Below are positions 23,363-33,427 of a DNA stretch of 64,000 nucleotides, piece by piece. The translations under genes were made by a program, and so were the position numbers. The DNA comes from Escherichia phage vB_EcoM_G53, in sequence record MK327943.1; one strand, 5' to 3'. The notes beneath the pieces were generated by a model, which made no database searches, was not told the DNA's origin, and saw nothing but the letters and a program-made list of their open reading frames with translations. Every line of letters starts with the position of its first letter. Positions within the stretch are counted from its first letter, which is position 1.

Positions 23363-25131
23363 AACCTGAAGAAATGAAATCCATGCGTAGAAATAAGGTC
23401 ATTGCCGATAATAAACCACAAAAAGTAGCTGCAACAGCAGCTACCGATTCATTAGAAGCATTGAATAACATTTCATCAAAACTAGACGATGTCCAAGCCG
23501 CGTCTGAACTCACATCACAAAGTGTAGAAGATAAAGGCAATGGAATTATTGAATCAATTGGAGACTTAAAGAATTCGACAGATAATACTGCTGAAGGCAC
23601 AGAGCTTATCGCAGAAGTTATTGAAAAACAAACTGAAGTCACTAAAAGTATAAACGAAGTTTCTAGTGCAATAAGCTCTAAGTTAGACCGATTAGCTACA
23701 TTATTAGAGCAAAAATTACAAACATCTACCGCTATTCAAAATACAGGAGGCACCTCTCTTGAAGTAATTGAGAACGCGATACCTGTTAAAGTGGTTGAGA
23801 ATGAAACTTCTGATGAGTTGTTTAAAGCATTCCCTACACCTGAAAAGATTGATAATAAGCCAGACGAAGATTTCTTCCCAGCCACGGTTCAAGAAAGTGC
23901 TAATTCTACTTCCGATTCTAAAGGCGGAATTAGCTTTAAATTGAGCGATAAAATTGCAATGCTCACCAAAACAGTTCAAACCGGGTTTAATAAATCAATA
24001 TCAATTTCAGACAGAATTGCTGGAATGCTTTTCAAATACACTATAACGGCTGCTATTGAAGCAGCAAAAATGGCCGCACTTATTCTTGGTATTGTTATCG
24101 GTATTGATTTATTGATAGTCCATTTCAAATATTGGACAGACAAGTTCACTTCTGCCTGGGATTTATTTGACGAAAACTTTACTAAATTCTCCGATGAAGC
24201 TAAAGAGTGGGGTAAATTCTTAAGTGATATATTCACTTCTATTGACTCGATAAAACAATTGTGGGAAGCTGGAGACTGGGGCGGTTTAACCGTTGCTATT
24301 GTCAAAGGTGTAGGAACAGCATTAATGAACTTAGGTGAACTAATTCAATTAGGAATGGCTAAACTCTCTGCGTCTATATTGCGTGCTATAGGTTTTGGCG
24401 ATACCGCGGACGAAATAGAAGGACGTGCTTTAGAAGGATTCCAAGAAACTACTGGGAACAAATTAAAGAAAGAAGACCAAGAGAAAGTCGCTAAATATCA
24501 AATGAAACGTGACGATGGGGAATTAGGAACCGTTTCTAAAGGTCTTGATATGTTACAACGCGGCAAAACATTCGTTACTAACTGGGTTCGTGGTAATGAC
24601 AATAAAGAAGAGTTTAGTACAAGCGATGAGCGTGCTGCGGAATCAGCAAAATTAAAAGAGTTGCCTGAAGAGGAGCGTAAAGAGGCGTATATAAAAGCTA
24701 ATGAAACTCGTGCGGCACTGGTTAGATTTGAGGATTATATCGATAAAATCGATATGACTAATCCGGAAAATGCTAAAAACGTCGAGAAGTCTTATGCTGA
24801 TTTAAGTAAACTTATTAAAGACCCTGAACTTAATAAAACTCCTGTTGTTAAAAAGGAAATAGATGCTAGATTTGAAAAGCTAAATAATAAAATGGCTGAA
24901 GCCAAAAATGCCCAGACAACAGTTAAGCCTGAATCTTCGTCTAAATCTCCAGAAGCAAAACAAGTTCAGTCAATAGAGAAAGGACGTGCTTCTGAATCTA
25001 AACAACAGCAACCGGTAGCGGCGATTAGTAACACAAATAATGTCGTCAAAAAGAATACCGTAGTCCAGAATATGACCCCTGTAACAAGTACAACGGCTCC
25101 TGGAATTTTCCATGCCACCGGTGTTAATTAA
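23359..25131 (+). CDS. 29: Baseplate hub / tail length determinator gp29
   Basis: 590 aa as T4 gp29; synteny. Confidence 0.85.
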   Translation: MKPEEMKSMRRNKVIADNKPQKVAATAATDSLEALNNISSKLDDVQAASELTSQSVEDKGNGIIESIGDLKNSTDNTAEGTELIAEVIEKQTEVTKSINEVSSAISSKLDRLATLLEQKLQTSTAIQNTGGTSLEVIENAIPVKVVENETSDELFKAFPTPEKIDNKPDEDFFPATVQESANSTSDSKGGISFKLSDKIAMLTKTVQTGFNKSISISDRIAGMLFKYTITAAIEAAKMAALILGIVIGIDLLIVHFKYWTDKFTSAWDLFDENFTKFSDEAKEWGKFLSDIFTSIDSIKQLWEAGDWGGLTVAIVKGVGTALMNLGELIQLGMAKLSASILRAIGFGDTADEIEGRALEGFQETTGNKLKKEDQEKVAKYQMKRDDGELGTVSKGLDMLQRGKTFVTNWVRGNDNKEEFSTSDERAAESAKLKELPEEERKEAYIKANETRAALVRFEDYIDKIDMTNPENAKNVEKSYADLSKLIKDPELNKTPVVKKEIDARFEKLNNKMAEAKNAQTTVKPESSSKSPEAKQVQSIEKGRASESKQQQPVAAISNTNNVVKKNTVVQNMTPVTSTTAPGIFHATGVN

Positions 25132-25139
25132 GGATTATT

Positions 25140-26249
25140 ATGATTAGTGTAAAAGAAATAGTAGTAGATGCAAAGGATTTAAATAAAGCAATCCCAGTCT
25201 CAGAAAGTGCCGGGCAAAGCACTAAAACAGAAACAACTACTAAAACTTATGTTGCTCAATTTCCTACAGGAAGAGCAGCCGGAAATGACTCCACAGGAGA
25301 CTTCCAGGTAACAGACCTTTATAAGAATGGATTATTATTTACCGCGTACAATATGTCTGCACGCGATTCAGGATCCCTCAGGAATTTACGTCCGGCGTAT
25401 GCCGGGACTTCATCTAATGGTATCATATCAGATTTAACTGATAATGTGAAAGATGCAGTGACTAAATTCTCAAATGGATTGCTTCCTGCCGGAGCTAATA
25501 AGTCTACTATAAACAAAACTCCTGTTGCTAATATACTTTTGCCACGTTCCAAATCCGACGTTGATACAACTTCGCATCGTTTTAATGATGTCGGTGATAG
25601 CCTTATTACTAAAGGTGGAGGTACTGCTACGGGTGTTTTAAGTAACATTGCTTCTACCGCAGTTTTTGGTGCATTAGATTCTATTACTCAAGGGCTTATG
25701 GCTGATAATAACGAGCAGATTTATACGACTTCTCGTAGTATGTATGGTGGTGCTGAGAACCGTACTAAAGTCTTTACATGGGATTTAACTCCACGTTCAA
25801 CTGAAGACCTTATGGCTATTATAAACATTTACCAGTATTTTAACTATTTCTCATACGGTGAGACCGGTAAATCACAGTACGCCCAAGAGATTAAAAGTTA
25901 TTTAGACGAGTGGTACCGTTCAACGTTTATTGAGCCTATGACACCAGACGATGCAGTAAAAAATAAGACATTGTTTGAAAAGATTACTGCGTCATTAACA
26001 AATGTATTAGTTGTAAGCAACCCTACAATTTGGATGGTTAAAAACTTTGGTTATACATCTAAATTTGATGGATTAACTGACGTATTTGGCCCATGTCAAA
26101 TTCAAAGCGTACGTTTTGATAAAACTCCAAATGGACAATTTAATGGTCTTGCTGTTGCTCCTAACTTACCATCAACATTTACGTTAGAGATAACAATGCG
26201 AGAAATTATTACATTAAACCGTTCTTCACTTTATGCGGGGACTTTCTAA
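25140..26249 (+). CDS. 48: Baseplate-tail tube junction protein gp48
   Basis: 369 aa (T4 364); synteny. Confidence 0.85.
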   Translation: MISVKEIVVDAKDLNKAIPVSESAGQSTKTETTTKTYVAQFPTGRAAGNDSTGDFQVTDLYKNGLLFTAYNMSARDSGSLRNLRPAYAGTSSNGIISDLTDNVKDAVTKFSNGLLPAGANKSTINKTPVANILLPRSKSDVDTTSHRFNDVGDSLITKGGGTATGVLSNIASTAVFGALDSITQGLMADNNEQIYTTSRSMYGGAENRTKVFTWDLTPRSTEDLMAIINIYQYFNYFSYGETGKSQYAQEIKSYLDEWYRSTFIEPMTPDDAVKNKTLFEKITASLTNVLVVSNPTIWMVKNFGYTSKFDGLTDVFGPCQIQSVRFDKTPNGQFNGLAVAPNLPSTFTLEITMREIITLNRSSLYAGTF

Positions 26250-27211
26250 TGTACTCTTTAGAAGAATTTAATAACCAAGCTATAAATGCAGATTTCCAAC
26301 GAAACAATATGTTTAGTTGTGTATTTGCTACTACACCATCAACCAAATCATCTTCACTAATTTCGTCAATTGGTAGTTTTGCTTATAATAACTTAGGGTT
26401 GGATTCAGATTGGCTAGGATTGTCTCAAGGTGATATCAATCAGGGCGTAACAACCCTGATTACAGCAGGAACACAGAAATTAATTCGAAAATCAGGTATA
26501 AGTAAATATCTGATTGGAGCAATGAGTCAACGTACGGTACAAAGCTTGTTAGGTGAGTTCACAGTAGGAGCTTATCTGATAGACTTCTTCAATATGGCAT
26601 ATAATAATACAGGTTTAATGATTTATTCTGTAAAAATGCCTGAGAACCGATTATCGTATGAAACGGATTTCAACTATAACTCCCCGAACATCCGAATTAC
26701 CGGTCGTGAAATGGACCCGTTAGTAATAAGCTTTAGAATGGATTCTGAAGCATCTAACTTTAGAGCAATGCAAGACTGGGTAAACTCAGTCCAAGACCCT
26801 GTAACAGGTCTTCGTGCTTTACCACAAGACGTCGAAGCAGATATTCAGGTTAATTTACATGCACGAAATGGTTTACCACATACCGCTGTCATGTTCACTG
26901 GATGTATTCCTGTTAGTGTCTCTTCTCCTGAGTTAACGTATGATGGTGATAATCAGATAACAGTTTTTGACGTAACATTTGCTTATCGCGTTATGCAATC
27001 AGGTGCTGTAAATAGACAGGCTGCTTTAGAATGGCTGGAATCAGGACTTATTAGTAGTGTTTCAGGAATGTTTGGAAATAATCAGAATGATTCTGGACTA
27101 GGAAGTGCAGTATCAAGACTTTCTAGATTAGGTGGGACTGCTGGTGGTGTGTCTAATATAAACACATTGACAGGTGTTGTGAATTCTGCGTCAAGAGTTT
27201 TAGGACTATAA
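26249..27211 (+). CDS. 54: Baseplate-tail tube initiator gp54
   Basis: 320 aa as T4 gp54; synteny. Confidence 0.85.
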   Translation: MYSLEEFNNQAINADFQRNNMFSCVFATTPSTKSSSLISSIGSFAYNNLGLDSDWLGLSQGDINQGVTTLITAGTQKLIRKSGISKYLIGAMSQRTVQSLLGEFTVGAYLIDFFNMAYNNTGLMIYSVKMPENRLSYETDFNYNSPNIRITGREMDPLVISFRMDSEASNFRAMQDWVNSVQDPVTGLRALPQDVEADIQVNLHARNGLPHTAVMFTGCIPVSVSSPELTYDGDNQITVFDVTFAYRVMQSGAVNRQAALEWLESGLISSVSGMFGNNQNDSGLGSAVSRLSRLGGTAGGVSNINTLTGVVNSASRVLGL

Positions 27212-27234
27212 GAAAAAGGGAGACGTTGTCTCCC
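27212..27234 (-). terminator. Terminator hairpin gggagac-n3-gtctccc with strong U-tract on the minus sense
   Basis: Perfect 7-bp stem; minus sense followed by TTTTTTCTT; lies between gp54 stop and convergent small ORF. Confidence 0.6.
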
Positions 27235-27243
27235 TTTAGGGGT

Positions 27244-27537
27244 TTATTTACGGAATGAAAGGAATGCTGGTGCTCTGAATGGAGTATCATCTTTAGAGTA
27301 TTTAACTAATACGACCATTGGTACCTCTGTTTCTAAATGACCTGTCACTACACCGACAAAAATTTGATCAGTGTGCTCAGGGTCACGAAAGTTTTTAAGA
27401 GGTTCCATAGCAATATGGAATGCACCTGGGAATACTCGATTCAATTCATCAATCACAGCTTCGTTAAAAACATCATCCGCTGGGATAGCATCTTCAACTA
27501 CTAGTTCTTGGCCATTAAAGCGAAGCATAGATTTCAT
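27244..27537 (-). CDS. Hypothetical 97-aa early protein (alt-proximal)
   Basis: ATG with SD gagga just downstream of a promoter motif; track extension to 27609 runs through that promoter. Confidence 0.5.
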   Translation of the reverse strand: MKSMLRFNGQELVVEDAIPADDVFNEAVIDELNRVFPGAFHIAMEPLKNFRDPEHTDQIFVGVVTGHLETEVPMVVLVKYSKDDTPFRAPAFLSFRK

Positions 27538-27566
27538 AACGTTTTCCTCATGTTGTTGATGGGATG

Positions 27567-27595
27567 ATAGTATCACACATCCATGTGTTTGTAAA
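27567..27595 (-). promoter_or_regulatory. Early promoter TTTACA-N17-TACTAT
   Basis: Hexamers with 17-bp spacer directly after alt stop; same cassette as other early promoters here. Confidence 0.5.
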
Positions 27596-29683
27596 CTATC
27601 CTTGGACAAATTTAAACGGAACTGATTCTAAATCCATTAAAGATGCTAACAATTTCAAACCTTTAGGTGCACTAGTTTTTTCTACAAATGAGGCAAAAGA
27701 TACCGGCTCATCTGATTCGATTTCACCTGTCATAGCAACTACCTCGCCTGTTTCCATGAGAACATCACCATCATAAATGACAGCTTCATCTAACTGGTCT
27801 GAGGACATGACTTCAGCTTGAATAAATTTAAGGTTGGATTCTAAACCTGCACCAGTATCAGATGACGCATCTGTAATTTTATTTATCTGCAAGAGAATGC
27901 CTCTAGGCAAAATAATTTCTTGCTCATTAGGGTGATTACTCAACTGTCCTGGATAAATCACGTTAACTTTATGGGCGCCATCAATAGCCCATCCAACGTT
28001 AACACGGATTTGTTCTGGTGCATGCATAGCTGTTCTTACTTGACTCGGAGAAATAGTAACACCTTCGTCATTATTGTCAATGTTAAGCTCTTTGCGAACT
28101 TCTTCAGGAGCAAGTCCAAGGGCAACGTTCTCTTTAAACCCACCGAAAATAATAGGAGCTAGTGAAGTGGAAACATAGTTTCTGAAGTAGAATACCTTAT
28201 TTTTAACCATTGCTTCGTAAATAGGCATTCTGATAGACTGAGCTCTATATAACGTTAGTCCTTCAGGTAAACGGTCTCCATTTAAAAACGCCGAATCAAG
28301 ACCATCAATAGCGCGTTTAACTTCATCTTCATCTGCAACATCGTAAAAATCTGGTTTATAACGACCTAACAACATATTATTGATATCGGTATACGCAGAA
28401 GAGGCATATTCACGAATAGCTCGTTTTTCAGCAACAGAGTATTGTTTAGGGTCCCGATTCATTGTTATATTAAAGGTGCCTCTAGCCGATTCTCGTGCAT
28501 AAGTATACATCACATTAGACAAGAACGCTGATTTACGTTGTTTCCAAGTTCTTTCAGATACTTCAGCTAAAACGTCGTCAGGCAGTTGGAAATTATCACG
28601 TCTAAAATCTTCAAACCATTCGTCTTTAATAGAGTCTGCAATTTCATTTGCAGCTTCAACAAAAGCAGCTAATGCTTTAACAGATGTTGTTTTTTCAGTT
28701 TTAATTTTCTTAGCAAACTTTTCTAAAGATGGCTTAATAACACTACCATAAGAAACTTCATCAGCAAATTTAAAGGATTCATCAATACGATTATAAATCT
28801 TATTTTCGATATCAGCAACTAAAGTGCCTTTTGCTGTGGACGATGCTTGGGCTAGTACGATTTCATATGCTTCAGGAAGTAATTCGGCTGTAGCTGGGCC
28901 ACTAACTTCTTTAGCAGAATTTTCGTATTTCTGGAATAACTCACCTTCTTGTCGGTCAGCTTCTAAAGATTGACTTGCTGCAATAGCACGACGAGAAATT
29001 TTAGTACGAGCAATAACAGGCTTATCTTTACGTTTTTCTTCTACAGCAGCAATAGAACCAGCGATAGCCGTTTCTTTGGTGACCTTTTCGCCAGTCTTTT
29101 TACTCACATAAACTTCGCCAACATCAGAATCTACTTTCGTGTACAACTCTGTGTTAATGTTAGGGATGCCTTTAATATCTTCAATGTTAGCATTTTTACG
29201 AACCATCATCACATAGGTGTGTTTACCTGTGAATTGATACATTGCCGTCAATACTTTAAAACGACCACCGGTTTTAGTAGAAACTAAACGAGCAAGAAGA
29301 GTTTGAAGTTGTTGTCCACGTCCTTTCAATTTCTTGGTAGGGAATCGGAACAGAACTGCATCCATACGAAGAGCTTTAACCTGTTCATATACTGTATTGA
29401 AAATGGTGTTGATTGCATCAATAGGAGCAGGACCAAGGCCATTTTTCAATTCAGCGAGATTACCCTTTTCAGACAGACTCATAATAACAACATGGGCGTA
29501 TTTGTCGCCAAGTTTAACTTGTTTTACAGCGTCGCCTTCGGAAAGGTAAGAGAATAAACGAACTACGATGTTTGTATCGATATCACCAATTTTCCAGACT
29601 TGTGGAACTTTAGCTTTAGGGTTCAAATTGACGACAGGAAGACTGCCTTCAGATTCAAACACTTCATTTAATTGTTCAGACAT
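27596..29683 (-). CDS. alt: Alt ADP-ribosyltransferase
   Basis: 695 aa (T4 Alt 682); position between gene 54 and gene 30. Confidence 0.75.
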   Translation of the reverse strand: MSEQLNEVFESEGSLPVVNLNPKAKVPQVWKIGDIDTNIVVRLFSYLSEGDAVKQVKLGDKYAHVVIMSLSEKGNLAELKNGLGPAPIDAINTIFNTVYEQVKALRMDAVLFRFPTKKLKGRGQQLQTLLARLVSTKTGGRFKVLTAMYQFTGKHTYVMMVRKNANIEDIKGIPNINTELYTKVDSDVGEVYVSKKTGEKVTKETAIAGSIAAVEEKRKDKPVIARTKISRRAIAASQSLEADRQEGELFQKYENSAKEVSGPATAELLPEAYEIVLAQASSTAKGTLVADIENKIYNRIDESFKFADEVSYGSVIKPSLEKFAKKIKTEKTTSVKALAAFVEAANEIADSIKDEWFEDFRRDNFQLPDDVLAEVSERTWKQRKSAFLSNVMYTYARESARGTFNITMNRDPKQYSVAEKRAIREYASSAYTDINNMLLGRYKPDFYDVADEDEVKRAIDGLDSAFLNGDRLPEGLTLYRAQSIRMPIYEAMVKNKVFYFRNYVSTSLAPIIFGGFKENVALGLAPEEVRKELNIDNNDEGVTISPSQVRTAMHAPEQIRVNVGWAIDGAHKVNVIYPGQLSNHPNEQEIILPRGILLQINKITDASSDTGAGLESNLKFIQAEVMSSDQLDEAVIYDGDVLMETGEVVAMTGEIESDEPVSFASFVEKTSAPKGLKLLASLMDLESVPFKFVQG

Positions 29684-29717
29684 AGTGTTTTCCTTTTAGT
29701 AATAATTTATATTTATG

Positions 29718-29739
29718 CCAAAAAGAGCCCGAAGGCTCT
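29718..29739 (-). terminator. Terminator hairpin (agagcc-UUCG-ggctct on minus sense) plus U-tract
   Basis: Perfect stem overlapping stop of upstream ORF, followed on minus sense by TTTTT. Confidence 0.5.
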
Positions 29740-29927
29740 TAATCCACAATCGGGAGCAAAGTACGATAAACTTCAAAATTAGGGCCTTTTTCGTACTTAT
29801 CAAAATTGTCCATAAAAATACGATAGGAATCGTTATTAGGAAAATCTAATATAATCTGAGAGCAAGAGGTGGAAACATCTCCACCATCCTTCTTAGCTAC
29901 AATAACTGTTTCTAAATAAGCTTTCAT
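29739..29927 (-). CDS. Hypothetical small protein downstream of gene 30
   Basis: 62 aa from ATG overlapping gp30 stop (TAATG); track start at 29948 is GTG. Confidence 0.4.
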   Translation of the reverse strand: MKAYLETVIVAKKDGGDVSTSCSQIILDFPNNDSYRIFMDNFDKYEKGPNFEVYRTLLPIVD

Positions 29928-31420
29928 TATAAACCTGTCTGGGACCACGGTCCAAATACGTCTTCAAACGAATCCGCTTCTGTTTTATCAAAACGGAACC
30001 CTTTAATAATTGGAAGGAAAATACCTACAGTACCTTCACGGCCTTTAGAATGAACCCATCCATTACATTCACAATCAGCGATACGTCCAATCAATTTACC
30101 TTCACGAGCTTCGGTCATTAATCGTTCACGGTCCAAATCATGACGCTCATCTAAAGGAATAAGAACCTTTACACCATCAACTGTTTTATGAGTTGTATCT
30201 TTAAACCCTGAACCACAATCGGTTGTAATACGACGACAACGTGATACGAGTTCGACACCACCTAATTTGTTAGGGTCTTTAGAGTGCTCATAGTATCCTA
30301 CAACTTCTAAAGCGATATCAATAACTTCTTTAAATTTAATTAGGTTCTTAGAGCGTTTGTTTTCCCAGTATGAATCACGGTTTTTAAGGATAATACCTTC
30401 AAGACCTTGGTCAACATATTTTTTATAAACCACTTTAGCTTCGTCAAGATTACGAACTAACTGATTTTCAATTGGCTCAATTCGCTTAAAGCCTTCAGCC
30501 ATATTTTCAAGAGCAGCAAAACGAACATCGTATTTCTGACCTTTAATTTTGCCATCAGAATAGACTTCATCTAAAGGAACATAGTCCCAGGCTTGAAGAA
30601 CCATACCTTCCGCTTCTTTAGGAGAAATAGTCCCTTGAAGAGATTTATTTGCTAAACCATTTGAAGTGCTACGGTCTGCAACTTGTACTTCTTCGGATTC
30701 TTCATTATCACCAAATAAGAACGACAGGTCATTTCCTGAGCTCACAGCCTTTTTAATATCAAATGAATGATAAACTAATTCACCGTCGATTAAAACCCCA
30801 TTAGGGTGTCTTTCACGAGCTTCTTTAGTCATTTCCATTAGTTCATCCGCTAATAGAGTAAGACCATGATATTCGTTGCCGGCACGAGAAAAGAATTGAA
30901 CACCATCATCGCGAACTTCAGCGAAACAACGAGCACCATCTGCTTTTAATTGGGCAAATGCGGGCCATTTAATATTTTTAGTAATCAATTTCTCGTCATA
31001 TGCAGATGCTAACATCTGTGGTTGCAATTGAATAAGTCCAGGCCACACCTTATTCGCGATAGACACTGAAGCACCTACTTCAAGGTCGCGCATCATTACA
31101 CGACGAAGGACTTCTACATCATCAGGTTTACCATCAGCGATATAACCCATGAGCTCTTTAATTGCAGCATTACCAGTGAGTTTACGAGTGGCTAATGTGA
31201 ACTCAATAAAATCCAACATGTCATCTAATTCAAGAAGACCATACGCTTGAGACCTTTCACCTGGTCCTGGCCATTTCTTAATATAATACTGGATACCACG
31301 TGCATATGTTAAACGATACACACGTTCAAGTAATTTGTTGTCCTTATTTTTCTTAAGGATTTCCTGTTTTGTTTTAGTAGAACCGATCGCAGCTATTTGG
31401 TTTAAAATATCTAAAATCAT
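29927..31420 (-). CDS. 30: ATP-dependent DNA ligase gp30
   Basis: 497 aa (T4 487); adenylation motif KADGAR; synteny. Confidence 0.9.
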   Translation of the reverse strand: MILDILNQIAAIGSTKTKQEILKKNKDNKLLERVYRLTYARGIQYYIKKWPGPGERSQAYGLLELDDMLDFIEFTLATRKLTGNAAIKELMGYIADGKPDDVEVLRRVMMRDLEVGASVSIANKVWPGLIQLQPQMLASAYDEKLITKNIKWPAFAQLKADGARCFAEVRDDGVQFFSRAGNEYHGLTLLADELMEMTKEARERHPNGVLIDGELVYHSFDIKKAVSSGNDLSFLFGDNEESEEVQVADRSTSNGLANKSLQGTISPKEAEGMVLQAWDYVPLDEVYSDGKIKGQKYDVRFAALENMAEGFKRIEPIENQLVRNLDEAKVVYKKYVDQGLEGIILKNRDSYWENKRSKNLIKFKEVIDIALEVVGYYEHSKDPNKLGGVELVSRCRRITTDCGSGFKDTTHKTVDGVKVLIPLDERHDLDRERLMTEAREGKLIGRIADCECNGWVHSKGREGTVGIFLPIIKGFRFDKTEADSFEDVFGPWSQTGL

Positions 31421-31686
31421 TTGATGTCCTCGATTTTGGTTACGGTTCTATTATAAGCCACTTCATCTAGAAGCGATTTCAACGTTTTCTGATAAGTTGT
31501 AATCCATTTACCGAGTCCTTCAACATAGTATTCTGAAATGTAGATGAACCCTTGTTCAACACACTCTTTAAATATTTCTGCGTCTTTTACTGAACGAAAC
31601 GATGGCCAGTCTCGAAAGAACATGTTAACGTGACCGTAGTCACGTGTGGTATTTTTGCCATCTGTAATATCATGAACTACAAACAT
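31417..31686 (-). CDS. Hypothetical protein (30.1 position)
   Basis: 89-aa ORF, ATG start overlapping gene 30 start region. Confidence 0.45.
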   Translation of the reverse strand: MFVVHDITDGKNTTRDYGHVNMFFRDWPSFRSVKDAEIFKECVEQGFIYISEYYVEGLGKWITTYQKTLKSLLDEVAYNRTVTKIEDIK

Positions 31687-31695
31687 AATTAACCC

Positions 31696-32520
31696 TTAAC
31701 AATTTATAGACCAAGTCCATTTAGACGAATCTAAAGGAAAGTTTTGAATCGTCCACCACGGCTGCATATCGGTTGGTCCTGGAGTTCGCCAGGTATATGG
31801 AGTGCGTGTTGTCGAGGGGCCACCAATTTGATTAGGCCATGCGCCTGGACTTGTTGCACCAGATTCTTTAAGCAAATCCGCCAATCGTTTTAAAAGGTCT
31901 TCACGATCTGAATCTGAATTATGCTCAGGTGGAACCAAACGAGATTCAATATCATCCCACGTGTGTACACGTTGTGCAGTACGAGGAATGGCATCACGTT
32001 CACCACGAGCCAACCAATAAATCGGTACATTAAGAATTTCTGCCGCATGGTCACAATGATGAGCTAAATCGTCAACGTAACAAATTACGTTATATTTTGT
32101 TTTAGCTAGTTCGAATAATTGTTCCTTTGAAGAATCATGACCACACATCATTACTTCAGAGAAAGCGCCTGGGAACAAAGCATTCAAATTAAATTGTCTA
32201 TTCAATCGAGCATCAATTGAATCACCTAGCGCCGTCACGGCTACAAAATTATAGTCTTCTTTTAGTTTATTGATAACTCGAAGAGCATCCGAATAAGGCG
32301 CTAAGTAACGAATAAAATCAGAGCTATTATATTTTTCTATTAATTGTTTACCAAGGTTATCGTCGGTATTGAACAGTTTACCAGGAGAAATAAATTTTTC
32401 GTCCTGAATCATTTTTAAAATATGTTCTAATGGAAGGTTATATTTTTGGGCAAAATAAGGAAGTCCAGATTGCCAGCTTAAACATACACCATCAATATCA
32501 GTCAAAATAGTAGGCTTCAT
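31696..32520 (-). CDS. HAD-like hydrolase-fold protein (30.2 position)
   Basis: 274 aa; N-terminal DIDGV (HAD motif I-like); Pro/Trp-rich GC-rich C-terminal tail. Confidence 0.5.
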   Translation of the reverse strand: MKPTILTDIDGVCLSWQSGLPYFAQKYNLPLEHILKMIQDEKFISPGKLFNTDDNLGKQLIEKYNSSDFIRYLAPYSDALRVINKLKEDYNFVAVTALGDSIDARLNRQFNLNALFPGAFSEVMMCGHDSSKEQLFELAKTKYNVICYVDDLAHHCDHAAEILNVPIYWLARGERDAIPRTAQRVHTWDDIESRLVPPEHNSDSDREDLLKRLADLLKESGATSPGAWPNQIGGPSTTRTPYTWRTPGPTDMQPWWTIQNFPLDSSKWTWSINC

Positions 32521-32984
32521 AAAGAGTCTCTTAATAGGTTTAACACGTCAATAAATTCATCTTCAGTTAGTATTGTATCATCTTTTGTTAGGTGGCTGGC
32601 CATGCTGTGCTTCAAAATTTTTCCTTTAGAGGCTTGTAAGGCATCACGAAACCCCTTGTTTTGGATCGCGGCTTCAAAATATGCATTTGTGTATAATTCT
32701 TTCCACGCTTCAGAGTATCTTGAAAATGGAACTCCTAACCAGAAGAGAGTCCCACGGTCCTGAGCTCTTGCATAAGACCTTCCAGCTTGCTGTGCAGCCA
32801 ATCCAGACAACCCAAATATACGTCTTTGTTGTTCAACATTTTTCACCTTACATCCTTGGAGAAATCCTTCAAGACCTCCGAATTGAATACCATCCATAAC
32901 AAAAGGCCATTGAGCAAAGTTACTTAATGCACATGACGGCCATTTGAAATTACTTCTTATTTCTAATTCAGACATCTTTAACAC
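32517..32984 (-). CDS. YbiA/NADAR-like (DUF1768) protein (30.3 position)
   Basis: LSNFAQWPFVMDG matches E. coli YbiA FSNFAAWPIKVDG from memory; track start is GTG, in-frame ATG at 32975. Confidence 0.55.
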   Translation of the reverse strand: MLKMSELEIRSNFKWPSCALSNFAQWPFVMDGIQFGGLEGFLQGCKVKNVEQQRRIFGLSGLAAQQAGRSYARAQDRGTLFWLGVPFSRYSEAWKELYTNAYFEAAIQNKGFRDALQASKGKILKHSMASHLTKDDTILTEDEFIDVLNLLRDSL

Positions 32985-33186
32985 TTATAATTTCAACATC
33001 AGCCCAATGTCCGTATCCAGGCATACGGTCTTCGATAGATAAATTTCTGTCATTTTTAGGCATTTTAATTGACGTAACGTATGGTTCTAAACGGTTTTCC
33101 GCGTAATATGGAAAAACGTCAGTTACACGATAAGTAACTTCAATCATTTCCGTACCAAACAATTTCTGGATTAATTTATTCAACAT
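32968..33186 (-). CDS. Hypothetical protein
   Basis: 72-aa ORF, ATG start, overlaps neighbours. Confidence 0.4.
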   Translation of the reverse strand: MLNKLIQKLFGTEMIEVTYRVTDVFPYYAENRLEPYVTSIKMPKNDRNLSIEDRMPGYGHWADVEIISVKDV

Positions 33187-33373
33187 GTTTCAACCCTTTA
33201 ATAGGAGATAACTCTTTACCCATACGTATGTCAGAAGTCCCATCAACCCATTGAACAGCATACGCTTCATTGATAATTCCAGCGGCAGTTTTAAATTCTT
33301 TGAGAACTTTAAAAATCATCCCAGGGATTCCAACACCTTTTAATTGGACTGTTTGTGCTATTAAAAATTTCAT
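33176..33373 (-). CDS. Hypothetical protein
   Basis: 65-aa ORF, ATG start. Confidence 0.4.
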   Translation of the reverse strand: MKFLIAQTVQLKGVGIPGMIFKVLKEFKTAAGIINEAYAVQWVDGTSDIRMGKELSPIKGLKHVE

Positions 33374-33397
33374 ATTTTTCCACTTACTAAAGAAATC

Positions 33398-33427
33398 ATT
33401 ATACTCTAATCCGTCCTTGGATGTACA
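33398..33427 (-). promoter_or_regulatory. Weak early-promoter-like element (TGTACA-N18-TATAAT)
   Basis: Perfect -10 TATAAT; poor -35; upstream of ORF 33176-33373. Confidence 0.3.

Noticed and set aside
27244-27609. N-terminal extensions in the ORF track (also 41569-42111, 49478-49789, 33428-34072, 47534-47956, 29739-29948, 14696-14896)
   Set aside because: The extensions begin at GTG/TTG or run through the gene's own promoter or hairpin, or into the preceding gene; a downstream ATG with an SD is the likelier start.
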